A stretch of 64,000 nt of DNA from a virus (lineage: Duplodnaviria > Caudoviricetes), in the IMG/VR virus record IMGVR_UViG_3300020411_003161, positions 260-64,259 of that record. One strand, 5' to 3'. Shown here piece by piece: positions 1 through 11,500 of this stretch; position 1 is the first letter of the stretch, and every line of letters starts with the position of its first letter. The position numbers were made by a program, and so were the translations under genes. The notes below the pieces were generated by a model. That model saw nothing but the letters and a program-made list of their open reading frames with translations, searched no databases and was not told the DNA's origin.

Positions 1-1165
1 AGTGTGAATTTCTATATCTTTTTATTACATGGTTATAATGTTTCTGTGTCATCTTAATAGCATCTGATTTTGTATTGCCATACTTGACCAATTGTTGTAC
101 AATAAAATTCATTTCTTGCCAGCCCGATTGGTATTGTCGTCTTTCATTTATGGATTCTATTATAGTAGGGTACAACTTACCCCCTAAAGCTATTTCAGCA
201 CCAAATTTATGATTCCAAATAGTTCTGTAAGCATCTTTCATTCTTTTTATTGCAGCCTTTGATGGTTTAGAAGCAACAACATCTGCTATTTTTTGAAATT
301 TTTTAAGTTCTGATTGGAATGTTTTAATTTTAACATCTGCACCATCAGCCTTTGGGTGTGGTTTATATTTATGTTTTATACCTGCTTTAATAGAATTTTT
401 AAGTGGTCCTTCAAAAGCTCTCATTACCTCTTTAGGGTCTTTACCATCTTTAATCACTAACTCATATATACCATCAACATTATTATGGATTGCCTGAGCA
501 ATTCTCACACCACCCTTATCTTTTGCTTTTCTGTAACCTTCATTTACGGATTCTTTCGCATACCCTTTCATCTTTTTAGCATATTTAGTAAGTTTAGCTA
601 TATTTTTTTTCATATCCTCACCACCTCTATAATCATTATAAAAACTAGCAATCGTATCTGGTAAAGAACTACCTTTACTGAATTTATCTTTTAAATATTT
701 ACTTACTTTGCCAAAATGTTGAATTCTTGTATGATCATATTGTTTAAATGTTTTATCTAAATCTTTATAGATTTGTGTCATTTGATTAGTACCTTCATTC
801 AATTGATACTCATCAATAACTTCATCTAAAATCTTATCAATCATTGGATTAAAATCAGGACTCTCTTTTTTTAAACGACTCTTTTCAGCTCTTCCACGAT
901 TTTTGGATTGTGATTCAAAACCTACAATCTTCCCACCCTTATGTGATGCATCTTTACCATCACCATTTCCATAAGTACCTTTCTTACGATTGTACTTATT
1001 TAGTTCTGCTCTGTATTTTTTGGCTTTGGTGGATGATTGGAACTTCTTATATTCGTCTTTATAATCCCTTTCGGCTTCATTCTTCTTTTTCTTTTCCCAC
1101 TTTTTAGCCATTTCGGGTTCATTAGCATGCATCCATTTCCGTTGTTTTTCAGATTTGAAGGGCAT
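1..1165 (-). CDS. Lys-rich modular protein, probable internal head protein (partial, runs off the left edge); HNH-like segment near the N-terminus
   Basis: Not in the ORF track. ATG at 1165 gives MPFKSEKQRKWMHANEPEMAKKWE... and the frame stays open to the window edge. It contains GDGKDASH...SKNRGR (HNH-like) and modules separated by YQLNE, ESVNE and ESINE. It lies directly downstream of the prohead protease. Confidence 0.75.
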   Translation of the reverse strand, partial: MPFKSEKQRKWMHANEPEMAKKWEKKKKNEAERDYKDEYKKFQSSTKAKKYRAELNKYNRKKGTYGNGDGKDASHKGGKIVGFESQSKNRGRAEKSRLKKESPDFNPMIDKILDEVIDEYQLNEGTNQMTQIYKDLDKTFKQYDHTRIQHFGKVSKYLKDKFSKGSSLPDTIASFYNDYRGGEDMKKNIAKLTKYAKKMKGYAKESVNEGYRKAKDKGGVRIAQAIHNNVDGIYELVIKDGKDPKEVMRAFEGPLKNSIKAGIKHKYKPHPKADGADVKIKTFQSELKKFQKIADVVASKPSKAAIKRMKDAYRTIWNHKFGAEIALGGKLYPTIIESINERRQYQSGWQEMNFIVQQLVKYGNTKSDAIKMTQKHYNHVIKRYRNSH

Positions 1166-1166
1166 T

Positions 1167-1766
1167 TTAACCCCTCATTATATCAGAAACAATTTGTTCT
1201 ATCTTACCATATTTAGTAACTTTTTTCTGAACGCCTTCATTTACGGGTCTCATAAATGCACCATGCGTAGATGGATTAGAAACGAAATCAAAAGCAATTA
1301 ATTCAAAATCAGGTTGGACTTCAACAGTATCATCTCCCGCTTCCTGCATAGGTTCTACACTACCCAATCCTCTAGAACTAATTCCTAATTTGATTCCTGA
1401 TTTAAATAATTCTTTTAATATATTTCCAGCAGGTGTTGAAAGAACTTCAACAGTACCTAATAAATCATCACCATCCCAATGCATCTCAACGATGTTATGT
1501 GAAGCGTTATTTAGATTCACAACAGATGATTCTGGATGATCGAGTTCACCTAATGCTCTTCTTTCTTGAACATTCGTATCCAAATATTTTCCTACTTCTC
1601 GTAATAATACATCTCTTGGATATACTCTTCCATTCTGATTTTTAGACTCAGCTCTTTGTAAGACACCTTTAACAACCAACTTACCACCATTCTTCTCCAT
1701 CGACTCATGGATTTGTGTTGGTGATATTTCAAAAGGCCTTACATCTACTAATAATTGTTTATTCAT
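1167..1766 (-). CDS. gp21: Prohead core protease, T4 gp21-like
   Basis: Motifs NQNGRVYP, GELDHP, GISSRGLGS and FDFVSNPS. Likely true start is ATG 1766 (MNKQLL), preceded by an AGGGA RBS; the ORF track starts at 1793. Confidence 0.95.
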   Translation of the reverse strand: MNKQLLVDVRPFEISPTQIHESMEKNGGKLVVKGVLQRAESKNQNGRVYPRDVLLREVGKYLDTNVQERRALGELDHPESSVVNLNNASHNIVEMHWDGDDLLGTVEVLSTPAGNILKELFKSGIKLGISSRGLGSVEPMQEAGDDTVEVQPDFELIAFDFVSNPSTHGAFMRPVNEGVQKKVTKYGKIEQIVSDIMRG

Positions 1767-1768
1767 AA

Positions 1769-1972
1769 TTAATCCCTTGTAAAAGTTTTCCAATCAGCTC
1801 CATTGTATATGTAAATTTTATCACTAGCCGTACTATAGGTCATCGAACCCTTTACTGGATTAGCTACTTGTGCATCTGCATTTGTAGCAAAGGTTTGTAT
1901 AAAACTTGGATTATGTCTAACCAATTGTTTTGGAACCTGTTTTTTATTATTATTAGGATCTACTTTATACAA
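1769..1972 (-). CDS. Small hypothetical protein (67 aa)
   Basis: TTG-start ORF tightly packed between head genes on the coding strand. Confidence 0.6.
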   Translation of the reverse strand: MYKVDPNNNKKQVPKQLVRHNPSFIQTFATNADAQVANPVKGSMTYSTASDKIYIYNGADWKTFTRD

Positions 1973-2278
1973 TTATTTTCCTCCCCAAGAATTTCGTTTA
2001 ATCCAAATATCTCTAAGGATATCTGATACTTCTTTTCTTATTTGTTTTCTAATTTCATCCATGTCACTACTACTGATACCTTCATCTACAAACTTATATC
2101 CAGTTTGTTTTTCAATATTTTTCTTTTTCTTCCTACTAATACCTTTAAAAGCATTAGGTGTTTCATACCCATCAATACTAGCAGTTGTAGTCATCTCTTT
2201 TAACTTTTTACGAAATAAACTACTTGCCAATTCCTTAACTAAAGAATTAAATTTTGTTGAGTTCTTTGTCAAGTTCAT
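1973..2278 (-). CDS. Small prohead-core-like protein
   Basis: Sits between portal and protease, where T4 has gp67/gp68. Contains LKEMTTTASIDGYETPNAF with possible L-x-E processing sites. Confidence 0.6.
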   Translation of the reverse strand: MNLTKNSTKFNSLVKELASSLFRKKLKEMTTTASIDGYETPNAFKGISRKKKKNIEKQTGYKFVDEGISSSDMDEIRKQIRKEVSDILRDIWIKRNSWGGK

Positions 2279-3089
2279 AATATCTCAATAATTGAATTAC
2301 AGATTTATCTTCTGCTGTTTTAGATTCAGCAATACAAAATTTATCCATACAATTAACTGCCTCATTTAACTTTATCTTTAAAACTTTATCTTTCACGTCA
2401 GGTATTTTTTTGGACAAAGTTCCTTTAAGAGTATTTAGCTTTTCCTCAACTTTCGAATAAAAATTATTCGTATTTGAGATATTATTTATATATTCTTTTA
2501 ATATGTTTTTTTGTTCTTTCGATAAATTGGTATATTTCTTATTAAATTTTTCCAATAATACACGATAAGACAAAATCCTAACATCCTTATCCAACTCTGT
2601 AGGAACGAATGATTTATTTTCAAGTTTTGTATTTGTTGTTATTTGTTCAACTATATTAAAATAACTTTCAGTTTTCTCGTCGGCTGAAATTGTATTGATA
2701 CCTTCGAATAATTTATAGATGGAAGCATAGACAACATAATTATTAACCTTTGATGAAAATAAATTTTTTGAATTATAAATAGTTGAAATCTCTTTCACTA
2801 TATTATATTTTTCTCTCTTTAATTGAGTATTATTTAATGATGATCTTTGCCTCAAGACCTCACTTAAAAAATAATCTGCTTTTTTATCACTTTTGAATTT
2901 TTTATTCATAAGTGCATTATACAGAGCCAGCTCTTTACCAACCTCTGTATGTTCATTAAATCTTTTTTTAATTAACTGAAGAGCTTTAGAATTTTTTTGT
3001 TTGTTGAGAACATCTACGGTAACTTGTCTGAGTAAAAACTCGAACAATAAACCCGTATTTCTCAGCTTGCTATGCTTGAAATTACTCAT
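2247..3089 (-). CDS. Conserved head-module hypothetical protein (280 aa)
   Basis: KHSKLRNTGLLFEFLLRQ N-terminus, helical, directly downstream of the portal and preceded by an ATATTTAT motif. Confidence 0.75.
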   Translation of the reverse strand: MSNFKHSKLRNTGLLFEFLLRQVTVDVLNKQKNSKALQLIKKRFNEHTEVGKELALYNALMNKKFKSDKKADYFLSEVLRQRSSLNNTQLKREKYNIVKEISTIYNSKNLFSSKVNNYVVYASIYKLFEGINTISADEKTESYFNIVEQITTNTKLENKSFVPTELDKDVRILSYRVLLEKFNKKYTNLSKEQKNILKEYINNISNTNNFYSKVEEKLNTLKGTLSKKIPDVKDKVLKIKLNEAVNCMDKFCIAESKTAEDKSVIQLLRYYELDKELNKI

Positions 3090-3126
3090 AATATTCCTAT
3101 TAATATATCAATACAATTTTTCATAT

Positions 3127-3134
3127 ATAAATAT
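3127..3134 (-). promoter_or_regulatory. ATATTTAT putative late promoter
   Basis: In the gap upstream of the 3089 gene; the motif recurs in most larger intergenic gaps. Confidence 0.6.
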
Positions 3135-3156
3135 AAACTAATTTTTATTAAAGAAA

Positions 3157-4914
3157 TTACTCTTCAATTATATTCTCCTCAGATAGTAAATCGGTTTCCT
3201 CAAATGGTACTTTTTGTGGAAATTTATCCTTCAATTGTGATAAAATACCTTCTCTCGCTACAACTGTGGAAGCTTTTGATTGTGCTAATGGTGAACCACC
3301 TTTAAATTCTCTTTTACCAAAACTTCTGTGTCTTTTTTCTACCTTTCCATCATCTTCTCGCGGTTCGTTTCCGTTAAAATGAGACTTCTCACTACCACCC
3401 CAATCATCAGGTCTTGCCATTTCATCATCCATTGGTTCATCTGGTTCTTGTGGGTTTTCAGCTGGATCTTGACCTTCAGTTTCAATTTGTTCAAATCTAA
3501 ACCTCTGTTTTGTATCCTCAACCATTTCTTCAAATACAGTTTCTTTTTCCCCATCATTTAAATCAAATATATTTTCATAAATCCAATTACGACTAAACAA
3601 TTTCACATCCATAGCCGTTGTTGCAGCTTCTAATCTCTGATTCAGCAACTCTAATTTTTCTTGTTCATGTATCATAGATGGATTCTGTAATTCCAAGTCG
3701 AAATCAATCAATGATTCATCCGCAAAACCTTGAGTGTATAAATGTATAATACCTATTTTTGTTAATTCACTTACAACAATCTTTTGAATTCTTTCTATGG
3801 TTCGAGCAAACCTAACATCTTCAGCAGCCAATGTAGCCTTACCACCACTTAATCCTTCTTCATAACCTAAGAAAGCCTTTGGTATCCTTAGAGCCGCCAT
3901 CATCTTATTTCTCAAATATTCAACATCTTCTATTTGGTCATTATTTGAAAGACCTGGCAGAGTATCAACCTCTGTTCCACTATCACCACCACGAACAGGT
4001 AGAAAGTAATCTTCGGTTACACTCTCTATATTATATTTTAAATTGTAATCACCTGTCTTTTGGTCAATTACAGGAACCTTTTTCAACTTACTAACAATTT
4101 TATTCATAAATTGTTCAACTTCTCTCGGTGGTATGTTTCCAACATCAACCTTAAATATTCTTTTTTCCGGCGCCCTCATGATTCTGTGAATCAACATCGC
4201 ATCTTCCATTAAGGTTAACTGCTTAAAAAGCCGCCTTGCTCCCTCAAGCATACTCTTACCATATGGTAGAAAGTTTGAATCGGAAAGTAATCTGAAATGT
4301 GCTACCTCATAGTTTTCTAAAAGTTCTTTTCTATCCCTTTCTAACTCAAATTGTATCAATTGTGGTTGTCTAGGATCATGATCTTCAAGTCTAACTACAT
4401 CATAACTAGAAAGTGGTTTTACACCAATTACTCCATGTTTATCAACTATGTCTAATTGAAGAAAAAAGTCCCCATACTTCGTAAGATTTCGTATCCAACT
4501 CCATAGATTAAATTCAACATTTAAAATATCATAAAAAAGATTATGAAGTATCTTCTCCACTTTAGTATTATTAGTTCTTATCTTTAATATCTCACCCTCA
4601 ATATTATCAACAGTACACTCATCTGAATAAATGTCCAATGCAGAAGATATAATTGAGTCTTGATCCATAAATTCATAATCTTTAAACAAATCTCTTTTTT
4701 GTACCTCATAATTAGCTCTTTGATTCTGAGCTGCACTATATGGTGAATTATAAGTTTGTTGTACTAACCTATCATATCTATCAATGAAATTTGAAGCATA
4801 TGCTTTTTGTGAATGATCTATGTCTTTAACAATCAATCTATCATCATCAGTTTTTCTGATAATTACTTGTGATTGAAATAATCTACCTAGTCGTTTAAAA
4901 ATATTATCTGCCAT
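3157..4914 (-). CDS. gp20: Portal vertex protein, T4 gp20-like
   Basis: MEDAMLIHRIMRAPEKRIFKVDVGNIP, EDYFLPVRG, GTEVDTLPG and EDVRFARTIERIQ motifs; adjacent to the terminase. Confidence 0.95.
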   Translation of the reverse strand: MADNIFKRLGRLFQSQVIIRKTDDDRLIVKDIDHSQKAYASNFIDRYDRLVQQTYNSPYSAAQNQRANYEVQKRDLFKDYEFMDQDSIISSALDIYSDECTVDNIEGEILKIRTNNTKVEKILHNLFYDILNVEFNLWSWIRNLTKYGDFFLQLDIVDKHGVIGVKPLSSYDVVRLEDHDPRQPQLIQFELERDRKELLENYEVAHFRLLSDSNFLPYGKSMLEGARRLFKQLTLMEDAMLIHRIMRAPEKRIFKVDVGNIPPREVEQFMNKIVSKLKKVPVIDQKTGDYNLKYNIESVTEDYFLPVRGGDSGTEVDTLPGLSNNDQIEDVEYLRNKMMAALRIPKAFLGYEEGLSGGKATLAAEDVRFARTIERIQKIVVSELTKIGIIHLYTQGFADESLIDFDLELQNPSMIHEQEKLELLNQRLEAATTAMDVKLFSRNWIYENIFDLNDGEKETVFEEMVEDTKQRFRFEQIETEGQDPAENPQEPDEPMDDEMARPDDWGGSEKSHFNGNEPREDDGKVEKRHRSFGKREFKGGSPLAQSKASTVVAREGILSQLKDKFPQKVPFEETDLLSEENIIEE

Positions 4915-4920
4915 AATTTA

Positions 4921-6498
4921 TTATCCTAATAACCAACTTAAATCTTCTTTTTCTCCATTAATTTCCATCTCGTATGGATTATTTTTTGGTTTATTGTTAG
5001 TAATTATTGGTGTTCTCTCATTTAAATTTCCAATTGAATCCACTATACTACTTTGAAATTCATTTCTCTCTGATTGTATTCTAATAGCAGTATCTCTTAT
5101 CCATAATAATATAGAGTAAGACATCACCAAATCATCATTATACCCATCAAGAGCTTCAGTTTTCGTATTCTTATATATAAATACAAAAAGTTCATCAATT
5201 AACCTCGTTGACTTTAACTTAACCATCTTCTCTCTTGTGTATTCTTCCATTTTAGCAACAACCAATGGTTTAGTTTTCATTGTTGTTGTAAAACCAGGAA
5301 CTTTATTTCTATCAATACTACGATACCTATTTGTATAATGGTGTTCTTCATCAACTACCAAATGATTTTTTTCTTGATAAAATAAATTTTCATATCCCCT
5401 ATCAATAATTGTTTGTAATGTAGCCCATCCTATATTGTTATTCTCAACAACCAAAAGGGCATCATTATATTTAGTGGCAAGTTCAATTAAGAAATTACCA
5501 AATTCTGTTGTGCCGAGTTGTCCTTTATATTCCGCAACTTGCTCCATTTCCTCTAAATCGAAAACCTGTGCTGCACTAAAATCTGTCCCATCTCCCCTTG
5601 CAACATCGGCACATATTAAATAATTTTTTGAATAATTTGGATAATCCCAAATCCAAAGATTTCTATCAAAACCACTTTTTTCTACTGGTTCACAACACAT
5701 CTTTTCTTTATACCACTCTAAGATAGCAGGATCAACAACAGAACGACCAGAACTTAGAAAATCAGCATCACATTCTTGTGCGGCCTGTGAAGGACCTAAT
5801 ATTTTATCCTGCTCTCTTCTCCAATCCTCATCTCTTTCAGGATGTTCAGACCAATGTAATTTTACTGTATTAAATTTATTTACTTCATCTGTAGCATCAA
5901 TCCAAGTTTTATGAAACCAATTACCAACACCATTTGGTGTGGATATGGCTAAACATTTACCACCAGTAGCCAATGTCTGTTGAGCGGCAGTCCATATAGT
6001 ATCAATTTTTTCAATAAAAGCGGCCTCATCTAATATTAATAAAGATAGCGCTTCTGAACGACCTGCACTTTCATTAGAAGCAATAGCTTTGATTTGTGAA
6101 CCATTTTTAAACACTAATGATAGTTTATTGTTCTCAACAATAGCAGTTTTCAACCAGGCTGGCAAACCATCATACATAACACGAACTTTTGTAATTAAAT
6201 TTTTAGCAGTATCTTTGGTGGTAGCAATTACCAAAATATTTTTATCATTTTGGAACAACATCATCCATAAAGAATAAGCAGCACTTAATGTAGATATACC
6301 TAATTGTCTTGATTTTAATACAATATTATATTCATTCTTTTGATATTCATTTAACACATCATATTGAAATGGATATAATTTAAACTTTATCTTACCTCTT
6401 TGTGGATGTTGAATCGTACAATATTGATTAATAAAGTATGAAGGATCTTTAGCACATTTAAGATAATTTTGTTTTATTGCTTGTTTTAAATCACTCAT
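4921..6498 (-). CDS. gp17: Terminase large subunit, T4 gp17-like
   Basis: Walker A-like KSRQLGIST, Walker B LLILDEAAF, STPNG coupling motif, and nuclease motifs ADVARG and NDDLVMS. Confidence 0.96.
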   Translation of the reverse strand: MSDLKQAIKQNYLKCAKDPSYFINQYCTIQHPQRGKIKFKLYPFQYDVLNEYQKNEYNIVLKSRQLGISTLSAAYSLWMMLFQNDKNILVIATTKDTAKNLITKVRVMYDGLPAWLKTAIVENNKLSLVFKNGSQIKAIASNESAGRSEALSLLILDEAAFIEKIDTIWTAAQQTLATGGKCLAISTPNGVGNWFHKTWIDATDEVNKFNTVKLHWSEHPERDEDWRREQDKILGPSQAAQECDADFLSSGRSVVDPAILEWYKEKMCCEPVEKSGFDRNLWIWDYPNYSKNYLICADVARGDGTDFSAAQVFDLEEMEQVAEYKGQLGTTEFGNFLIELATKYNDALLVVENNNIGWATLQTIIDRGYENLFYQEKNHLVVDEEHHYTNRYRSIDRNKVPGFTTTMKTKPLVVAKMEEYTREKMVKLKSTRLIDELFVFIYKNTKTEALDGYNDDLVMSYSILLWIRDTAIRIQSERNEFQSSIVDSIGNLNERTPIITNNKPKNNPYEMEINGEKEDLSWLLG

Positions 6499-6977
6499 TT
6501 TCTATGCTCATGTCCAGCTAATGCAGTAGCTACTTTCTTATCAAATTTTAAAGCTTTTGAATTTTGAACTTCTTCAAATTCTTGCTCATACTCTTTAAGT
6601 ATAGTTTCCCATCTTTTTTCTTCCATCTCTTTAACCCAATCTTGCCATTCCCCCTTACGATGTAAATCAGCCTCAAATTCCATTTGACAAACTCTACATC
6701 TTTGAAATCTATTATAAGTCTGTTGGTCTAAAGTTTTTAAAATAAGTTTTTTACAATCACTACCTTCCCAACCACTACACTTATCAAATCCCTTTGGTGG
6801 AATTTTAGTAATCTGTTTTCTCTCACCATTCTCCATAACAAATTTTCTACCACTTGGTTCTTCCCAAATCTCACCCTCTCTTCTCATATGGATAGTTTTT
6901 GGTGTGTACCCAATTCTCGGAGTTCCTCTACCACCAACACCAGCTACTAATTTTTTAATTTTTTCTATCTTATTCAT
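6495..6977 (-). CDS. Hypothetical protein with Cys cluster (possible Zn finger)
   Basis: 160 aa, C..C..CRVC pattern, overlaps the terminase start by 4 nt. Confidence 0.7.
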   Translation of the reverse strand: MNKIEKIKKLVAGVGGRGTPRIGYTPKTIHMRREGEIWEEPSGRKFVMENGERKQITKIPPKGFDKCSGWEGSDCKKLILKTLDQQTYNRFQRCRVCQMEFEADLHRKGEWQDWVKEMEEKRWETILKEYEQEFEEVQNSKALKFDKKVATALAGHEHRK

Positions 6978-8560
6978 ACTCTTCCACCCTTATCCATTGT
7001 AGAAAACTTTTTAAGTTTATCAAATGCTCTAAACTTTTTCATCTTATCTTGTTTAGTCCATTTCATCTTATCAAATACCTTCATTCTCATATGTTGTTTT
7101 ACTATATAATAAATGTCTAATACATTACCACCCATCGATTTTATCCACTTAGCATATTTCTTAACGAGTTTTGCTGATACATGCTCGTGTCCGTAATGTG
7201 TCCAAAAACCTTTCTTTGGATGTAAAGCCGCAGTTTCATCTTTTCCTATGTCGTGAAATAAAGCTGCAAGTGCAAAGTCTATATCACCTGTTTTTAATGC
7301 TCTATTAGTTACAGCTATAGTATGTTTTAAAACATTACCCTCTGGATGTGCATCTCTTCTTTGATCATAATTTTTAAGATTATAAACCCTCTTCTTTAAA
7401 TCAATTGGTAGTGCATTATAAATGTCTCTAAATTTTTTTGGTTTAGGTCTTGCTGCAATTTCATTTAAGAATTTATCCTTTTCCATTTTTTGTATTGCTT
7501 TACCTATATCCTTTCCTTTTAAATTACTTGGAACATCACTACCTTTTACTGATAATTTAAATGTGACTAATTTTTTAAAATCTTTTCCTATGTATTTACC
7601 CCATTTAAGAATTTGAACTTTACTCAATTTAGTTTTTTCTTGAAACTTTTTAATCAAAAAAATATTATCAGGTTTGAAATTCTGTAATAAATTCAAAAAC
7701 TGAATATCAACTATTTCTTGATTAGGATAGGCTAAGCCATTCAATTTCCTTATTGAATTTACATTATTTTTTCGTAAAATCCAAGCTAAAAATAAAATAT
7801 AATCGTTTTCGTTTATATATGGAGCATTAACTTGAAAACCAGGTAATATCTGTTTTGTAAATCCTAATGAATCAGCTAATTGTAAATACCTTTTAGTTGA
7901 TTTTGCCTTTTTGATTGATTTAACAAATTCATCTCTTACTCTTTCTTTACTAACACCTTTAAGACTTGGATTTTGTCTTAGTGCCTTTTCTGTTTCTTTT
8001 CCTAACTTACCACCAAGTGCACCTTGAAATCTTAATGCTCTCATCTTTCTCAACGGATCCTCATCAAATCTTTCGATTGGTTTTCCAACTGTTCTGATTT
8101 TCTTTTTTTGTAAATCCTCAATTCCACCAACTAAATCAACTATCTCATCCCTATCCAAATCATAGAATAAAGCGTTGATAGTTAAATCTCTCCGTTTAAC
8201 ATCACCTTCGATGTCGGTATAATCAACTGAACTTGGGCGTCTTCCCTTACCAATATCCTTTCTGAATGTTGCTATTTCATGTCCACCAACTATCACGACA
8301 CCGAATTGTTTTCCAACCTCTACGGTTTTCAACCCACCTTTCTTTGCTATCTTTAATACCTCGTCAGGTTTGGCATCGGTGGCTAAATCAAAATCTTTTG
8401 GGTTCTTTCCTAATATTGCATCCCTAACTGCTCCACCAACAACAAAAAGTTTTTTCTTGTTTTTCTTAAAAAGTCTGTGTATATTCTTTATGTCACTGGG
8501 GACTTTAAGCTTTAATTTAGAATATTCATTCAACGGAATTAAATTGGAAAGAGAAATCAT
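6974..8560 (-). CDS. cca: Class II tRNA nucleotidyltransferase (CCA-adding/poly(A) polymerase family) with appended HD phosphohydrolase
   Basis: VGGAVRD...DFDLAT, RRDLTINAL, EDPLRKMRALRF and SKERVRDEF motifs. C-terminal HPEGNVLKHT...LFHDIGK...HYGHE is an HD domain. Confidence 0.9.
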   Translation of the reverse strand: MISLSNLIPLNEYSKLKLKVPSDIKNIHRLFKKNKKKLFVVGGAVRDAILGKNPKDFDLATDAKPDEVLKIAKKGGLKTVEVGKQFGVVIVGGHEIATFRKDIGKGRRPSSVDYTDIEGDVKRRDLTINALFYDLDRDEIVDLVGGIEDLQKKKIRTVGKPIERFDEDPLRKMRALRFQGALGGKLGKETEKALRQNPSLKGVSKERVRDEFVKSIKKAKSTKRYLQLADSLGFTKQILPGFQVNAPYINENDYILFLAWILRKNNVNSIRKLNGLAYPNQEIVDIQFLNLLQNFKPDNIFLIKKFQEKTKLSKVQILKWGKYIGKDFKKLVTFKLSVKGSDVPSNLKGKDIGKAIQKMEKDKFLNEIAARPKPKKFRDIYNALPIDLKKRVYNLKNYDQRRDAHPEGNVLKHTIAVTNRALKTGDIDFALAALFHDIGKDETAALHPKKGFWTHYGHEHVSAKLVKKYAKWIKSMGGNVLDIYYIVKQHMRMKVFDKMKWTKQDKMKKFRAFDKLKKFSTMDKGGRV

Positions 8561-11500
8561 CTTCCAAATGTCATCATACCAGTTATTTGATTAACTGGAG
8601 CAAATGCTCCTGTAAATTTGTAAGTTTTACCATTATATTTAAAAACTATACCCTCTGATGGTATTATAGCATCCAACCCACCTATAGCATTCAACCTATC
8701 CAATTGAACTTTTAGTTTACTTAATTTATTTAAATCACCACCACTTCGTATCGTAGATATTGCAGCTTTTACTTTTGCTCTAATACTTTGTATCGACTTA
8801 TCTGGATTTACTGCTAACCAACCCTCTACATTTTTCATTATCTCAGCACCAACACCAAAAAATAATTCCTCAAATGGTTTCATATTATCTTTGACCATCT
8901 TAGAATGATCCATTTTATCTGTAGTTAATACCCAATCTAAAAACTTTGGGTAGTCTTTAAAATCTTTTTTAATCATTGGTATGGTATATGATTTATCAAA
9001 AAATGCCCATCGTTTTGTTAATTTAATCAATATATCATTTGTTAACTTTGGATTATCGGTTTGTTTAGCACCATTCATAATCCACTCCTGCCAATAATGT
9101 TGATGATATAAAGCTAGGGTATCATTATCCTTCAATCCATATGTTGATTGTAACTTCTTCAATTGCCCTAAAAACTTATCCTTCATCTTTCCAAAGTCTT
9201 GATGTTTAGGAACATTGAGAAAATTTGGTTTCCCAATCTTATATTTTTTCTGTATGTTTTGATTTATTTGTTTTATCATTCCAGCTAACATTCTTGCACT
9301 ATCTTTTGCCTGTCCGACAACTCTTGCACTATCATCATATTCCAACGCTCCATGAAATATAATTTGAGTAACATCATAATTAATTACATTCTCACTAGCA
9401 GGCCACAAAACCTCTAAGTTCATCCATTTATTACCATTACCGAAAATCTTAACCTGTTGTTTCTTACTTAAAGAACCTATAGCCTTTTGTAAGTCCCTAA
9501 CAGCAAATACGAAAGCATCTCTTATCTTTCCCCTACCTTTGAATTTAGATTGAACACCCTTAACACTTAAAGCACTTTTACCACTATTTTTTATATGTCC
9601 TTTATTACGAGCAACAATTAATCTCCCATCTCTCCAACTAACCATAAGATTTTGCCCATCTAATTTTTCTGTAACTCCATCTTCTCTATTTAATTGTCCA
9701 CCCAAACCCATAGTGATAATTTTTTTCAAATCACCAAATGTTAAATCTTTGTCATCAAAAGGATGTGCCATATGTCCGTATGCTCCACCCATTAATAATA
9801 ACTCCTTTCCGTTTCTTGATTTTTTTGAATTTAATATTTCTTGATAAACAACTTTTAATCTTCCTTTGTCTATTTCTTTATCTTTATGTAATTTTTCCAT
9901 TTCTGGTTTATTAATCACAAGTTTTGGTTTTTCGCCCGGTTTATTACTACCAACAGTCGGTACAGCATAATAGGCTTTTCTAAATCCAAACTTTTTAGCA
10001 GCTATATGACCTTTACCACCATATTTTTTAACCAAATCTTTTTCTGCCTCTTCTCTGGAATATCTAATCTTAATACCTCTACGCATCAATCTTTGTTTCC
10101 AAATCTTGACTTTCTTAGATACTTCTGCTAGTGACTTCACTTCTTTTACTATCGACAATTCATCATGTTGTTCATCACCAACTCTTTCAGGTGTTTGTTC
10201 TGGCTCTTCAGCATCCATTTGTTTTGCTGTATCTCGACTATGTTTCACTACAGATTTTCTTGTATTTGCCAAATCATCAACATACTCATAATCTTGATTA
10301 GATAAAATCATATCAATGTGGTCTAACCAACGATTCCACAATTCAGTACCTACATAATCTGATAAATTTTGAGCACTTGGTTCATTAATACCAGCTGGAC
10401 CAAACGAAACAGAATCCACTGGACCTTTTGGATAATCAGTGTCTTTTCTATAATCTCTGTATTGTGATTTGTAACTATCAAAATCTACTAACATATCAGA
10501 TAGTTCCCACCCCAATCTTCCGGCCTCAATAGCAGCTCTTTTTTCATAAGCACTTAAACTTGAAAACATAGAAGGACCGTCATCTACTTCACCCGCAGTA
10601 TTTAAATTGCTATTTTCAAACAAATGATTATAAAACTCAAACAACTTTTTAAACTTATTTGTCATCATATTATACACATTCTTATCGTAATATCCAAATG
10701 CCTTTTTAAATAATTTTTGTCGTTTTTTATCATCAAATTCAGAAGAACCTAATAACTGTCTCATCACAGTTCCACTAACTTCCTTACCAGCAACACTTAC
10801 ACTCTGATGTGGTGCTGTCATAATATATCCGTGCTCTTTGTGTCCCTTTAAATTACCTTTATTCTTTTTATAATCCTGATAATAAGTTAAACCACCACTC
10901 TTCTTTTTTCCACCAATTAATCTACCAGCATCTTTCTTACCAAAAATATAAATAACTGCAGTTGTTTCTGGGTCGTATTTCTTTAATAAATTATTTGCAA
11001 CATATGGCATTTTCTCTTGAACTATACGATTCTTTGGTACACCCATCTTTATCATATGTTGAACCTTTTCTTTAAAGTTCATTGGATGTCTTGGTGGTTT
11101 CTTTATATTCGATGTAGTGATATAAACCTCATCCACTTTACTCTCTAACCATTTATAAGTTTTTAAATGATGTGGACCAAATGGTTGAAATCTTCCAGGA
11201 TATATACCAATTACTTTTTTAATTTTAGATGGAGCTTCATTTACCCTTTTATAACCACTCATTGAATTGGTTTTATTTTTATTAATCTTTTTTCTTTTTG
11301 GGCTACCTTGAATTACACCATCACCACCAACAATTCCCTCTTCATCAAAAATATTAACTCGACTATGAATCCTAAATGTAGCAGCTTTTCTTCCATTTAT
11401 TGTTGGCATTCCATGTTTATCTTTACCGATACTTTTGACTTTCATCTTTTTATTTTTAAATTTACCAACAAGGATAGTATCACCAACTTTAATTGGTATA

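Noticed and set aside
4921-6498. Intein or intron in the terminase or other core genes
   Set aside because: Lengths are normal and no splicing or homing-endonuclease motifs interrupt them.
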